NCBI RefSeq assembly: GCF_009914755.1
Contig: NC_060926.1
DNA length: 64,000 nt
Strand: one strand, 5' to 3'
Origin: the human T2T-CHM13v2.0 reference genome, Homo sapiens
Positions 25,066 through 40,239 of the stretch are shown here, one piece after another; the first letter of the stretch is position 1, and each line of letters opens with the position of its first letter. Position numbers and translations under genes: made by a program. The notes beneath the pieces were generated by a model. That model did not search any database, was not told the DNA's origin, and saw nothing but the letters and a program-made list of their open reading frames with translations.

Positions 25066-27379
25066 GTGTATTGGTTGAGAGGCATTAAAAATTACTTGGA
25101 TTATGTATTTCAGGCTCAAGTTATGATGATGTTGAGAGTAACAAACATTCATATATGGCAGAAAACACAGGCAAAACATAGTTTAAATCAAATATGTGAG
25201 GTCCTCATGTTTCATGACTCAGAATCTGGATTTTCTGGGGTTCACCTCTTGCCGTGTGGTGTCTCGGGTAATAAGGAGCCTGTAAGCCCTCCTTGCCTGC
25301 TCACTGCCCCTTGCAGCAGAAATATATCCTCCCATCCCACTACAGTTAGTGCCACCAAAGACAGATTTGTTTGCTGTCTATTTACCACATTGACAAATCA
25401 TTGATCAGAGTCCAGCTGGGAAGACTGTACACTAACCAGACAGAGCCACGAGGGTGCCTTAAAAATGATGAGGGAAGTCACTGGAAGCCCTATTAGTACC
25501 CAGAAGGTACTAAGGATGAGTGCTCTGTATTCTGGCTTTGTACTCTCCTAAGCATGGAAGATAAATATCAAGTGCTGCTAAAATCCACTTGTCCAGATTC
25601 CAGCAGACACAAGCTCTTTAGGGAATATGGTGCTTGAGAAGTTAATAATATTTAGAAATCCCTGGGCCTGTCAGAATAATGAATGCAGCTAATAAACATT
25701 CTAATTAGTTAACCTGGAGAAAAATCTTTGCCACTGTAGAGTGGACATTTTCATATGATCCTGAATGTAAACATTACCTTATCATAGACGGCTGTTTAAA
25801 TGTTACTCTATATCTTTTCTTGGGTTTAGACACTGTTATTGACTATGCAAAAAGCAGCAAAAAAGAACTTAATAAAAAGTGACAGCAGGCAGCTCTCCCT
25901 GCCGGCAGAGATTAAGTGCTTAGCTCTTGGCATTTCAATTACCTAAAACTAATGGAATAAATATTTTACAATATTATTGCCTTTTGGGGGGTAAAGCACT
26001 CAAAGGAAAAAATATACATGAAATGGGATTCTGTTCTTTTCTTAATGAAATAATTGAAAATGGATTTAGTATCTGAGTGTGATCATTGCAAAAATAAAGA
26101 TGCTAGAATAGTATCAGTGTGAAGAGATCAGGACATAATTTCTTGTACACTTGGCCTTCACTGCTGTCATTTTGCCTCTAGCATAATTTTAAAATAATGC
26201 CCTCTAACTATATCCATAAAACCATTTTAGCTGAGCTCAGATGATTTTACGATGGCATAAATTTATTAGGGTAATTTTTTTTTAAAGATGAAGCTAGTCA
26301 AGAATTTCCATTCCTAGAGAATATTGTATTCTGGACATCACGGGGTTGGGGTGTTATTAAGTTTACTTTTTGAATTGGCTCTCAGGGATGCAAGGAAACA
26401 CAGGCAAGCAACGGCTGCCTGGAGAATGTGTTTTTTCAATGAAATGATACTTCTCTATTCCTAGTACAGAGGCTTCCATGCAAAGATAATAATGGCTTTT
26501 GTCCATTTATAGAAAATAGTAGGACCCAAAGATAAATTAAATACTGCTAATTTCAGTGTGTGAGGTCTTTGGATATTGGGAAATGGTCTATTTTCCCTTT
26601 AGGTACGTCATCATTTTCACTAAAGTTAATAAAAATATCAAACATGAATCTGCAAATGGCTTGCATACTCTATAATGTTACATTATGTCTGATGGGGCCC
26701 ATTAGTTTATAGTGATTGTTTATAGAATTTTCAATGCTGTGTGTATTTGTTTGTGTAAGTAGAGAAGTTTTATAATGAAACTAAAAATTCAAAAATATCC
26801 ATTATGTTTTAAAAGATCTTATTCCCTGCTCAAATGATTTGCCCTATGCACATGATATTCTCAAGAGACATCCCTTTAGAGACATGAATTTTACATGTCT
26901 TTTATAATTGTTATATCGGTGATAATAGCAGATAATTTATTCAGTGAAATGCATCTATATATGTGGCAAAATACTCATCACTTCAAAAGAAGGCATTTGC
27001 TATTTTATCTGTTTTTTTAAATGTGATGATTTATGTATACTGGCAAATATGCATGGAATGAGAACTATCTTTAATATTAATTATCTGAAAAGATTGCTTG
27101 AGCTTTTAGAAAAAATATATACTGGAAATAAAAAGAGTTTTTTAGACATGGAAAGGCTGAGCAAAAATATTCTCACCATAGGATTTATTAAATTTTGCAA
27201 AATAATATAAATTAATATTATGTAATTTTAATCTATAGATTAAAAATGATCAATATATGGCTCTTGATTGAGGAATCACCTCAAATAACTTGCCTAGAAT
27301 CAGTGCCAGAATCCAGGTCTTAATAACCTAGAAATCTAATTCATTAGCATGCCTATTGAATTAGATTCCCATGTCCATC

Positions 27380-28005
27380 CACTTTTCCATGACTCCAGTT
27401 CCATCAGTCTAGTTCAAAATTCTATTATTTTTCTTCTAAGTCACTGTAAGAAATGATCTTAGCTATTGCTCTTCTAGAATCATTTCTCAACACATTTCTC
27501 AATAATACTTTAAGTGGTCAATTAAAGATGGAAATGAATCCTGTAATTCTCTGGCTCAGACTTTCCAGTGGCTTCCTATTACTTCAAAAATTAAATCCAA
27601 CCTCTTAGCCTATAGGGTCCTTCCTGCTATTTCTGCCACCTCATGCCCTAGCACTCTCCACCTCATTCTTTTGAACCATTATCCAGCCACCTTGCCCCAC
27701 CCACCTGGAATGTCCTGCTTTAGACATTGGATCCCCAAGCCCCCTTAGTTCTCTACATCCTCAGTCCAAGCCCCATCTCCTCTGGAGGCCTTCCCCAACA
27801 CAGACATAGGCACATTTCCTCCTAAAACTTTTCAATACCTGATGCTTTATTTGTTGATTTATTGTCACACTTCTACTATACGTTAAGTTCTGCAGTGCAA
27901 GCACCTCACCTGTTTTATTCACAACTCTGCATCCAGTTCTTAGAACTGTACCTAACACTCTAATGGTTCTCAGTGTTTGTTTATTCATTTATTTATTGAT
28001 TTAAA
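27380..28005 (+). mobile_element. L2 LINE 3' region
   Basis: ctttccagtggcttcctattac; aaatccaacctcttagcc; gcatccagttcttagaactgtacctaacac. Confidence 0.75.
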
Positions 28006-29294
28006 AATGAAGTTTTTTTCTGCTGTTTGATGACAGTGCAACCTATTCTTATCTCAAATAATTAAAATGTACTCTCTTTTTTGATGTTTGGATCTGAGCA
28101 CTAATTTTCATCCAATTTAGAGTGGCTAATTGCAAAATAAGAGAGGATGATGTGATAAGTTTTTGTGGTATTTAAGATGAATAACACTTGTTTATTTTTA
28201 GTGACATGATGAACAAAGAATTATTCAAGATGTGCCCTAGATTTCCGCTGGTAGCCATTACCCTATGAACAGGGTACCCCGATGTGTTTTATTTAAAAGC
28301 TTCACATTGGACCTCATGATCACGCACTAGATTCATGGTTTATTAACCCACATTAACTGACCGACTGATAAGTTAAACATTGTGGAAAGGATTCACTCCC
28401 AGCATCTCCCCAAGGTGCAGCCATATATGCTGGATACAGATACCCCTTGTTTTTCTTGTTTATATTTATAACCCAGGTACTTAGGCACTGAGATTTCTGT
28501 CTGTTTTTCCTTTCACTTTTTCAAGGCATAAGCTATCTTCTTAGAACCTCCTTCCTATTCTCTGGTCAAGGTTTGAATAATACCCACTTGTTTCTAGAAA
28601 TGTCCCTCATACACACTTCCATGCTTGGAGCAGCTGGTAGCTTTTTACAACAGTTGATTCTTCCCATTCAATACTGAGCATATGGGTTGGAGTCTCCTTC
28701 TAAAAACTGAGCGTCTGGGTTTTCAGAAGTTCCAGGAAATCTGTAATGTAAGGCAGAAGCACAAACTCTTTGTGAAGAATGAAGGAAATAAATGGATCTT
28801 GTATAAGAAGTTTCAGGAAATATCTGTATGGATGAAGCATTTGAGGAAAAAAGATGATACTCTTGAAATAAGATTTTATTTTAAGCCCATAGAAAATCTA
28901 AAGATAGTGTTAAAGTTCTGGAAGGGTTTTGATGAGAATTGTCTGATGGGTCTCATCATATTGCATAATGAATTAAACAAGTTTTGCACCAACTTCATTT
29001 ATTGACATACATAGTCCTTAAGACTCCTTCTCAAACTCAGTGAGTAAGAACTTCTTTATCTTTAGATGGCTTTGTTGACATGATTATCTAACCCTGTGGT
29101 TTCACTTGGTCTTCTTTACCTTACGTACATCCTTGCATGTCAACTGTCTTCCACTTTCCTGGGTTCATTTCATCACCCTGAGTCTCACAGGACTTGTTAA
29201 AACTTCTTGAATACTTCCAAAGAATTCATTGATATTAAAATATATTTAAATTATTAATAACCAAACCATGTGGTTCTGGAATAGTAATAAACTG

Positions 29295-29716
29295 TGTGTT
29301 AGTCTGCTCTCACATTGCTATAAAGAAATATCTGAGACTACATAATTTATAAAGAAAAGAGGTTTAATTGACTCACATTTCTGCAGGCTGTAGAGGAAGC
29401 ATGATGCTGGCATCTGCTTGGCTTCTGGGGAGGCCTCAGGAAACTTACAATCATGGTGGAAGGTGAAGGAGCAGGCACATCACATGGCCAGAGCCAGAGC
29501 AAGAGAGTCAGGAGGGAGGTGCCACATGCTTTTAAATGACCAGATCTCATGAGAACTGACTCACTAACATGAGAATAGTACCAGGGGATGGCTCTAAACA
29601 ATTCCTGAGAAAACTGCCCCCCTAATCCAGTTACCTCCCACCAGGCCTCACCTCCAGCATTGAGGATTACAATTCGACATGAGATTTGGGCAAGGACACA
29701 CATCCAAACTATATTA
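29295..29716 (-). mobile_element. MSTA MaLR solo LTR
   Basis: tgtgttagtctgctctcacattgctataaagaaata...ggaggcctcaggaaacttacaatcatgg...atccaaactatatta; TSD aactg/aattg. Confidence 0.92.
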
Positions 29717-29719
29717 AAT

Positions 29720-31090
<1,371 letters not shown>

Positions 31091-31972
31091 ACTCAATATG
31101 ACCCATCACATGGGCTTTTGCTATTCAAAATAAAATATCATATCACCTTTTTAAAATTTCAAATTAAAAGGCCCAAGTCACCAAGTTGCCTCTTTTCTCT
31201 TTCTAGGGCTTCCTCTCATGATAGTCCATGATGGTCTCAGCAAGTTATCAAGGTGCTGTCCATAGGGTCAGTTCAGACTACTTTTGGCTCATAGCTGGAG
31301 CCAGATATTAGCCACATTCCCTTGATGCTGGAGATCACCACAAATACCACTTAAACCTGGTTCCTTTGAATAGCATCATCAGTTACCCAGCCAAAGACCT
31401 GGAGGTTGCAACTTCACTCTGCCTGTTTGACATGTCCAAGTCCACAGCTGAAGAACAGCATAATTCTCATCAAGTCCGAATGGCATGACCAAGTCTGAGC
31501 CTCTGTTTCTGGTAGTCACTCCTGGCCCTAGAGCAGATTTTTTCAAGAAAGCACAAGTGGTCCTTTGATGAACGAGAGAGAAATATTACTGTGACCCAAC
31601 TGTGTACACCTGTCAAACTGGGTCTGCTCTCTCAATGCTTCAGCTTTACAGATTGTACCACTTCCGTGCCCCCGACCCTAGCCCCAGCTGCTTTCCCAGG
31701 GGGCAAGACAGGTTTGATGGATTCCAGCGTGTACTAATCTTAGGGCATAGTGCATGGAAATGCCCACCCATCTTGTCTTTCTCTATCTCTATGGGGATTT
31801 CTTTACAGAGAGGTCTTTTTGATCAAACTGGATCTACCCAATACATTTCTGTATCTTTTAATATTAATGAAAATGGCTGGGCTTTGGAACTTCTCCTCCA
31901 GAAGGTCTGTGTACTCCATTTGTAGTGTTTTTCTTCATATATCTCAGCAATATTCAAACTCAGAGTACCAGC

Positions 31973-32091
31973 AGTATGTTTGGAAAACAGCAAATTAAAA
32001 TTTAATTTTGCTTGACACCACCTCTCCCAATAGTATTTTTGGAAAACAGAAAATTAAAATTTAGTTTTGCTTGACACCTACCTCTTCCACT
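31973..32091. repeat. Two-copy tandem duplication of a ~59-60 bp unit
   Basis: agtatgtttggaaaacagcaaattaaaatttaattttgcttgacacc followed by agtatttttggaaaacagaaaattaaaatttagttttgcttgacacc. Confidence 0.9.
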
Positions 32092-33289
32092 GGGAAAAAA
32101 ATGGGTGTTACAGAGTGAGAGACAATAGAAATTATTTAGGATGCATTTTCAGCAACATTTCAACTTGGCTATTTCCAGGCAATAAGATTTAAGGTGATTT
32201 GTCTATAATTTTTTCCTTCATTTTAGTTTGGAAAAGAGCATGTAACATTTTAAAAAGAAGGTAAAAAGCTATTTATTTTTGGAAAAAAAAAATTTCTCAA
32301 ATCTCTTTGTGCAAACTCTTGCTATTAGAGCTTGGACAAATTATTTAATGTTTGTAGGCCCCCTTAACCTATATGTGAAATGGAAGAGTATGATTACTTA
32401 CCTTTAGTCGAAAAATGTTCTCTTATTTTCCTAAAAGAAATAATTCACAATAGTACAGAGGAGGTGACACACTGTGTTGTGTTTTCATTTTAAAAATGAG
32501 AAGTTGGTGAGATAGTCTTTAAGGTCTATCTCTGCTTTAACATTCAGTGAGCTTTGGAAAAATTAATGACTTAGAAGACACACGAGACAACTCTTGGAAG
32601 AGGTTGGCGCCGCTAACTCTATTGACTTAAATGATCACATTTAGTTGGAGCTCCTTCAGAATGAGATCTCTTATTTACCAATTGCAGAGATTTATTTCCT
32701 TTATTTGTCTAGTTAAAAGGCACTGGGAAAAATGAGGCCAGTCCCTCACTCTTCAAGGGAGCTCTTATTTCCCTGCACTGCCTATTAGACTGGGGATAGC
32801 TGAAAGTTTTTCATTGCTTTTACTTAGGACACGTTTGTAAGGCATATTTTACGAAGGTTGCTTCAACAGACTTTTCAACCCCCTCAGCAACCATTCGCTC
32901 ATTCTGCTCTTTTGCTTAACATTGTCCTTTTTTGCCCTCATGATCTGAGACCACATTTGACTGAGATGAGTTGATTTGTCTGGCATTCCTCTTCTCTGTT
33001 TCACTCATATTCTCTCTCAGGACTTTCTTTCCATGATAATTTGTTGGGGTCATTCTTTAGGTTTGTAATTTTCAACAAATGTCATTCAAACTGTTTTGTC
33101 TTATTCATGGATTTGCCTCTAACATGCATATAATTACCTATTAAAGCATAGCATTTGAACTATTCTAAAGCAAAAGATCTTGTAAATCACTGTAGTACTG
33201 TTAGGATTGGAACTCAGAAATCAAGTCTCAAGGGGAAACACGTTGCTTGGTTAGGATAGTTGTCCATCCTGCCAGAATTCAGATGTAGC

Positions 33290-33666
33290 TGCTATGGAAC
33301 TGAATGTTTGTGCCTCTCCCCACTCAATTCATTGTTGAAATCTTAAAGCTCCAAAGTGATGCTGTTAAGATGAGGGGCTTTATGGGAGGTGAATAGGTCA
33401 TGAGGGTGGAGCATTCATGAATGGAATTGGTGTCCCTGTAAAAGAGACCCCAGAAACCTCTCTTGTTCCTTCTGAGATGCGGTGACACAGCAAAAAGACA
33501 GACATCATTTATGAACCAGGAAGTAGGCCCTCACCGGACACTGAATCTGGCGGCACCTTAATCTTGGGCTTCCCAGCCTCCAGAACTGTGAGAAATACAT
33601 TTTTGTTTATAAGCCACACAGTCTTTTGTGTATATTCTGTGATTGCAGCCTGAAAGGATTAAGTCA
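33290..33666 (+). mobile_element. MLT1A-family solo LTR
   Basis: tgctatggaactgaatgtttgtg...cttcccagcctccagaactgtgagaaata...; TSD-like gtagc/ggagc. Confidence 0.9.
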
Positions 33667-33739
33667 GGAGCTAAATCTGGATCCCAATTCTGTGCTCTTT
33701 TCTACCTCTATTCTCCTCTCCTCCCTCTCTTCCTTCTTT

Positions 33740-34190
33740 TTTCCTCTAAATTATTTAACTTAAAACACTTTAAATCACAAATGACTAGAATAAAAATGTG
33801 AAATCCCCCATCAGAGAATTCCACCCTCACCCTCTCCTTTTTAGTTGTAGCCACTATTTTGATTTGTCTTAATAACCATTTTTTATATGCGGGAGATTTA
33901 TGTATATATGATATACATATATATGTCTCATGTGGAGTTTTTCTTTTTTGTGTGAAAATGAATTGTGATAAATGCATAATTCTGTGACTTTTTAAAAAAT
34001 GTAATAAGCTCTGGATATGTTTTTGGTTAAGTAGATCTAGTTCTACATTATCTTTAATCCAACCGTGATAAGTGAGGACGATAATATATTTAACCATTTT
34101 TCTATTAATGATCATTCAGCCCCTTTTAAATATTCTTTATAAAAACAATGCTACAATAAATATCTTTTAAACATATGTGCAAGTATTTTC
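33740..34190 (-). mobile_element. Ancient L1ME 3' fragment
   Basis: tatatttaaccatttttctattaatgatcatt; aacaatgctacaataaatatctt. Confidence 0.6.
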
Positions 34191-36627
34191 TCACAATCGT
34201 GCAAGATCTAGTTTATGTACTTTGTCAAATGTACTTGGTCATAGTTTTCTGCTGGGCGTGAAAGAAGATAGCCTGGCACTGACTACATTCTTATTGGCCC
34301 CAGAGGGGAGCTTGATCAATGCCAAACAGGGGATATGAGGGAGCTGGCTGATAAATTACTCTCCCTCCACCCGATAAGTTGTTATGAGACACAGTGTTTC
34401 CAATGCCCCTTCAGGAGATGGGCTGTGTAGGTGAGCAACCAGATATGGTTTCTAATGAGACCACAACCAAATTAATTATATAACATTTTGTATTTTATTT
34501 TTGCCTTTCTTTGCCTCATTTTCTTTTTTCCTTACTCTAGCTTCCTTGCGATTATACTCCTCATAAGACTTTCTATGTAAATATTGTCTCAGGCTTTGTT
34601 TTCTAGAAAAGGCGGGCTTAGAAAAAGATATATATTGAAAAGACAAATTATTAGGTCAGAGGGTATGCGAGTTTGGGCCACCCTACTTTTTAATCAGGTA
34701 CATGCAATTACAAATATGTAGTTATCTTTTCTTTTATTTTCTATTAATTATCAATATTTCAATTATGAAAAGAACTATATTATTATTATATACATTATAT
34801 AAAGTAATATATTGTTACATTATGAGCATTCAATCTTAGTGCAGAACCTCTCTGTCTGGATGTATATTCAGGTAAAATGTTACACGAATTCCTGTTAAGT
34901 GATGAGAATTCCAGTGCTTTAATTTTGCAGCTAAATAAAGCAAAGCCCAAAGCCGGAATTAATTCTTTATTCTTCTCTATATTACATCATAAAGCAGTTA
35001 TTCCTCCCACAGAAGCCATCTCTCAGAAAATATGAAGTGGTTCAAAAAAACATCATTAGGACACCCTACATTACATGTTGCTGTTGGGAAGATTTTATAC
35101 AGCATAAGCTTTCATAAGTTCATAATGGGGAGATAACTTGATTAACCTTTTGCCCAAGTTTTGCCATAATATTGAAACAACAGAGAAATTAAAGAATATA
35201 TCTATATTTTTTTCTATTTGGTTTTCCAGGAAAAAGTGGTTGTAGGTTAAGTGAGAAGTGGTTAGCATCTAGAACAAATAGGATTTCTCACAACTTGGGG
35301 AACTGAATCTAATCTCTGGCTTGTCAACTTGCCAAGGTGTTCTTAATACCATCCCCAGAAATCCTAATTCAAACTCACATTTTGGCTTCTGGCGACTGCC
35401 CGGCAACAGCGAACATGCAGCTCACTCCACCACATCCATTCTGTGGGAGTCCCTGTAGGACTGTATTTTCAAATGAGCATGTAATTCACAATACTCCTTC
35501 ATCGTGAGAATGTGGGGGAACAACAGATAGCCCTTAAATCATGGATTGGGAGCTAGAGTGTAACTTGCTAGGTCAGGCACACCCCTTCATATACTCATCC
35601 TGTATTGTTGGCCATTCATATGGAGATAGGTTCACAGAGGAAATTTCTATTGCCCTGTTAATGAAGGCCCTCTTTACATCTTTTCATCGATTTACTGTGG
35701 CTGTTCTTCTGACCTGGCTGCACTGACAGGACCTTGAGGCTTAATCATGAGTAGAAAGAAGAGCCTGAATTTTCCTGGAGAGTTTCCAAGGGAGATGCTT
35801 GTAGCAACAAATTCCTATTTAGATCAGGAAATTCGAGAAAGTAGGTGTTAAGTAGATATATGAGAGTTGTGTTGGCTTTCCATATTTGCTTAAAGTGGGA
35901 AAATGGATTGTGTGGCGATTTGGATAACTCCTGAAACCAATGTGCTCAGCCAAATGTAAATGTGGGGTTGCAACACTGATGTGAGAGGAAAGGAAATTGT
36001 TGATGGAGTGGAAATGCTTCAGCTGTGCTTAGATTGCCAGTGAGCCAGATACACCTGTGTTGGCTTGGCGTGAGGACTGCATGGATTTGCGAAATGAAAA
36101 CCTCACTTACATTCTAACCAGATTAAAGACACTGATGAAGTCAGGTCAGTTTTACTCTGCAATTAGGAAAACTGAGGCTCTCTTCAGTAGTCATCTCTTG
36201 AAACACACTGCTTTGCAGTGCTTTGTTGAAGAAGTGGTATTTATCTAACGCCTATCAGCCTGGAAACCGTATCTTGAATCCAGTGTTGCCACTCCTCAAA
36301 TTGCAGCTTCCTGGTGGCAACTGAACAAGCAAGTTCATACAGCAAAGGGGAGAAAACTAAAAGGTCATAGCATCCCTTCCATGATTAGCATTCTGTCTTT
36401 GACCACCTCTAGTTTCTGAAATAAACAGAAACTTTGTAGTAAAATCTTAAGAAAATGTTTTAATTTTTTTCAAAGTAACTCATATAAGTAGTTGCAGAAA
36501 ATAGAAAAGTATGGAAAATCTTATGATGGAAAACAACATTCTTCTTTGAGGTGTTAAGGTCTGTTAACTATTACAGAATAATTTAATATATAATATGTAA
36601 CTTGGCTGTATGTATTTTCAGCACTGT

Positions 36628-36980
36628 TGGTATGGTTTGGCTCTCTGTGTCCCCACCCAAATCTCACCTTGACTTATAATAATCCCCATGTGTCAAGGGC
36701 AGGACCAGGTGGAGAAAATTGAATAATGGGCGTGGCTTCCTCCCATGCTGTGATAGTGAGTGAGTTCTCATAAGAGCCGTTGGTTTTATACGGGGCTTCC
36801 GCCTTCACTCAGCGCTCATTTTCTCTCCTGCTGCCCTGTGAAGAGGTGCCCATCCCTGAGATTGTAAGTTTCCTGAGGCCTCCTCAGCCACGCAGACTGT
36901 GAGTCAATTAAACCTCTTTACTTTATAAATTACCCAGCCTCGGGTATTTCTTCATAGCAGCGTGAGAATGGACTAATACA
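36628..36980 (+). mobile_element. THE1D-like MaLR solo LTR
   Basis: tggtatggtttggctc...ccccacccaaatctc...gactaataca; 5-bp TSD actgt on both sides. Confidence 0.95.
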
Positions 36981-36994
36981 ACTGTATTTTAGGA

Positions 36995-37545
36995 AACGTG
37001 CTACATTAAAGATGGCTGCTAATTGATGTGCGTGTGTGTGTCTCTCTGTGTGTGTGTGTGTGTTGGCGGGGTCTATGTCTATAACTCGTCTCTTTAAATT
37101 TGGGTGGCTCTGTGAGTGTTCTGACCAAATGAATATGCAGACATGATTCTGCTCCAGTTTTATGGCTTAGGCTTGAGGAGACTATAAGCTGCTTCTTCCT
37201 GTCTCTTGGATATTCACTTGTGGAACTCAGTTTCCATGCTGTGAGAAAACTCAATTATTCCAGTGAAGAGTCTCAGGTAAAAAGAACTAAGGCCCTCAAC
37301 TGAGGACAGCCTCAGCTGAGCTTGCAGCCAACAGCCAGCACTAACTTGTGATCCTGAGTCAGCTATCTTGGAAGTGGATACTCCAGTTCCATGTAAACTG
37401 CCCAGCTAATACCACGTGGAGAAGGAGAATTGCCTAGCCATGCCTGCCCAAATTCACGACTTGCAAAATTGTGTCATATAATAAAATAGTGGCTGTGTTA
37501 AGCATTGGATTTTGGGGTAATTGTTATGCAGAACAAGAAGTTAGC
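36995..37545 (+). mobile_element. MLT1G/H-like LTR containing a (GT)n run
   Basis: taaagatggctgc; ccatgctgtgagaaaactcaa; gccaacagccagcactaac; ttttggggtaattgttatgcag. Confidence 0.75.
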
Positions 37546-37559
37546 TATAATGGAAGCAT

Positions 37560-37800
37560 ACAGAACTTGCAGACTTAGTGCCCTGATTTCAAATTCTGGT
37601 TCTAACATTTCATAGCTATGTAACTTTGGGGACAGCTATTAAGCCACTGTCAGCCTTAAAGAAAAGTTTCCTTATCTGTAAAATGGCAGTAAAAATATAT
37701 CTCTTAAAGGCTGTGGTGAGGATTAGAGACAAAATGTGTAATATGACTATTACATTTTCTGGAAAATGATAACAGCTTGACATAGTAGCAATTATTTGCT
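37560..37800 (+). mobile_element. MIR SINE
   Basis: ttcaaattctggttct; agtttccttatctgtaaaatgg; gtggtgaggattagaga. Confidence 0.75.
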
Positions 37801-38696
37801 ATTCACCAGTTAACCCACTTCTCTGTACCTTCTTCTTTTTAAGCAGATCTTCCAGACCAGGGTATTGCTGAGGAGAATATCTTTTTTGAAAACCAACTTA
37901 GTGGAGTAATTTAAAGATCTACAATGTTGATATATCTTTCATTAAGTAATTTTATTTTATTACTGTATTCTAAGGAAATATTTCTAAATACTGGCCATAG
38001 TACGTCTATCCAGGAAATAAGATGCTTATGTATGTTCCTGATCTCTATGCATCGCTTTAAAAAATTCTGCATGTTCATTATTTTGAAGTGCATCACTGTG
38101 TTTTAGACACACCAACCAAGGTGTTGGAAGGCAATGGCTGAATCTGCCTCCTCAAGATAACACCATCCCCAACATACTTAGGAACTATCAACAACAATTA
38201 GGGAGGTTATGTATATATGAAATAATTCAATGAGGAAGTGTAACTTTTGAGAAGTGCCTTTTATTCTACAAATATTTATTGAATAGCAACAAAGTTCTAG
38301 ATTCTGGGCACAATCCAGGAGAACAGAGATGAAACCACAGCCTTTGTGCTTTTCTAGAGAGTCTGATGAGTTGCCGTTCTGGGCAGAGTCAAGACTGCTT
38401 CTCAAACATTCTATATGTCTCAAACATGTCTTCACCTCCATGCTTCATTGTTAGTCTTTCTTCTCAAAACCATCTTCCACTTTATCAGTCAAAACATTTT
38501 GCATGACTCAATTTGAGCTCCACCTCCTCCAAGCAATCTTCCTGGATCTGTGCTATACAACTTCTAGCTCCAATCTGTCCCCTGTTGCTGACTTCTTGTA
38601 GAACTCAATGTGTTCTCGTTTCTGGCCACTCTGTGTGGCTAGTTTTCTTTTTTAAATGTCTGTATTATTTCCACAACTAGATGAAAAATTCTTCAT

Positions 38697-38870
38697 CAGT
38701 GCATCTCAAACATGTTTCTTATGCACATATGAGATAGTTAGGGGTCTTGTTAAAATGCAGATTCTGATTCTGTAGATTTGGGGCAAAACCTTAGATTCTT
38801 CACAGTTAACAAGCTCCAGATGAAGTCCCTGCTGCTAGATCTCAGACTACAGCCTGAGTAGCAAGTACCT
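38697..38870. mobile_element. MER5A hAT-Charlie MITE
   Basis: cttgttaaaatgcagattctgattctgtagatttgggg...ttaacaagctccagatga. Confidence 0.75.
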
Positions 38871-38983
38871 AGGTTGTAGAGGGCAGAGACCACCCTGTTA
38901 CTCTGTTTCTTTACAGTGCCTTGGGCATGAAAGAGGTTCAGTGATTGTTTTTGGTGGTATAGTACACAGAAAAGTATGCAGAC

Positions 38984-39412
38984 TGGTAAAGTTTTGATAT
39001 TTGTCCCCTCTAAATCTCATGCTGAAATTTGATTCCCAGTGTTGGAGGTGGGGTCTAATGGAAGATGTCTGGGTCATGAGGGTGGATCCCTCATGAGTAG
39101 TTTGGTACTGTATTCCCAGTAATGAGTTCTAACTCTGTTAACTCCCTCAAGAGTTTCCTTCTCTCCACCCATGAGAACTGATTGTTAAAAATATCCTGGC
39201 ACCTCCCTTTCTCTTCCTTTCTTTTTCACCACGTGATGCCTACTTCCCTTTGCCTTTTGCTATGAGTGGAAGCAGGTTGAGGTCCTCAGCAGAAGCAGAT
39301 GCTGGTGCCATGCTTCTTGTACAGTCTGCAGAACCATGAGCCAAACTTATTTTATTTATAAATTACCCAGCCTCAGGTATATTCTTTATTGCGATGCAAA
39401 TGGATTAAGACA
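38984..39412 (+). mobile_element. MSTB-like MaLR solo LTR
   Basis: tttgtcccctctaaatctcatgctgaaatttgat...agaagcagatgctggtgccatgcttcttgtacag...attaagaca; TSD cagac/caggc. Confidence 0.92.
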
Positions 39413-40239
39413 CAGGCCTTGGAACAATTTTGACCTAGGTTACAATATCAGTTTTACTACTTAATGATCTGGATGATTGTGAGCATTTTATTCACTTATA
39501 AAGCACACTTACAGAGTTTTTGTGAAGTCAAAAGTAACATATATTTTAAAGCACTTGGCATAGCAGTCATGGATAGCAAGGGACTGACATATAAGATATA
39601 TTTCCTGTTAATGGCACTGAACAAAATCCATGTGTTTTCAGGCTAAAATATTTCTTCACTAGAGTTGATCTTGATATTGTGCAATAAATATCTTAAGAGG
39701 AAAGAAGCTACTAATATAAGCTTTGGCTTGAGTTTTAAATTTTATTATACATATATTTTATCAGTTCTAATATATATACCAAAAAATGTAGAGAAAAAAT
39801 CATGCCGAGTGAAAATGGGCCAAGTGTAGCCACATGTTGCTTCTAGTCTCTTATAGTATAAAGCTTCCTTGAAGACAATTAAAGCTGATCAATAATAATT
39901 AAGGAGACAGTAATGTCACTCTTCCTGCTACAATGGTTTCTACCCAGCCTGTTTGTCAGAGATAGTGTCTAGGTGTTCTGCAGATAAAGCCCTGACAAAG
40001 ACCCTCAAGAAGATAACTCAGGGTGAATACAAGAAGGGTTGGCTGCAAGCATTCAGTGCTCAAACAGCTGCATTGGGAAAGGCACTGATTGCTGAAGATA
40101 GCCCCGTGCTAGACCTCCTGAGTCAGCTCTTCTTGTCCACTGGATGAAAAAGTGGTTGCAATATCTCCCAGGTTCTGACAGTTTGTATTTCAAATGTGAG
40201 AGATTAGTAATTTTTCTTTCATGGATTACATGTCAGAGT

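Noticed and set aside
35310-36050. Possible ancient retroelement coding remnant
   Set aside because: The composition is suggestive, but I could not assign a family or protein motif by eye.
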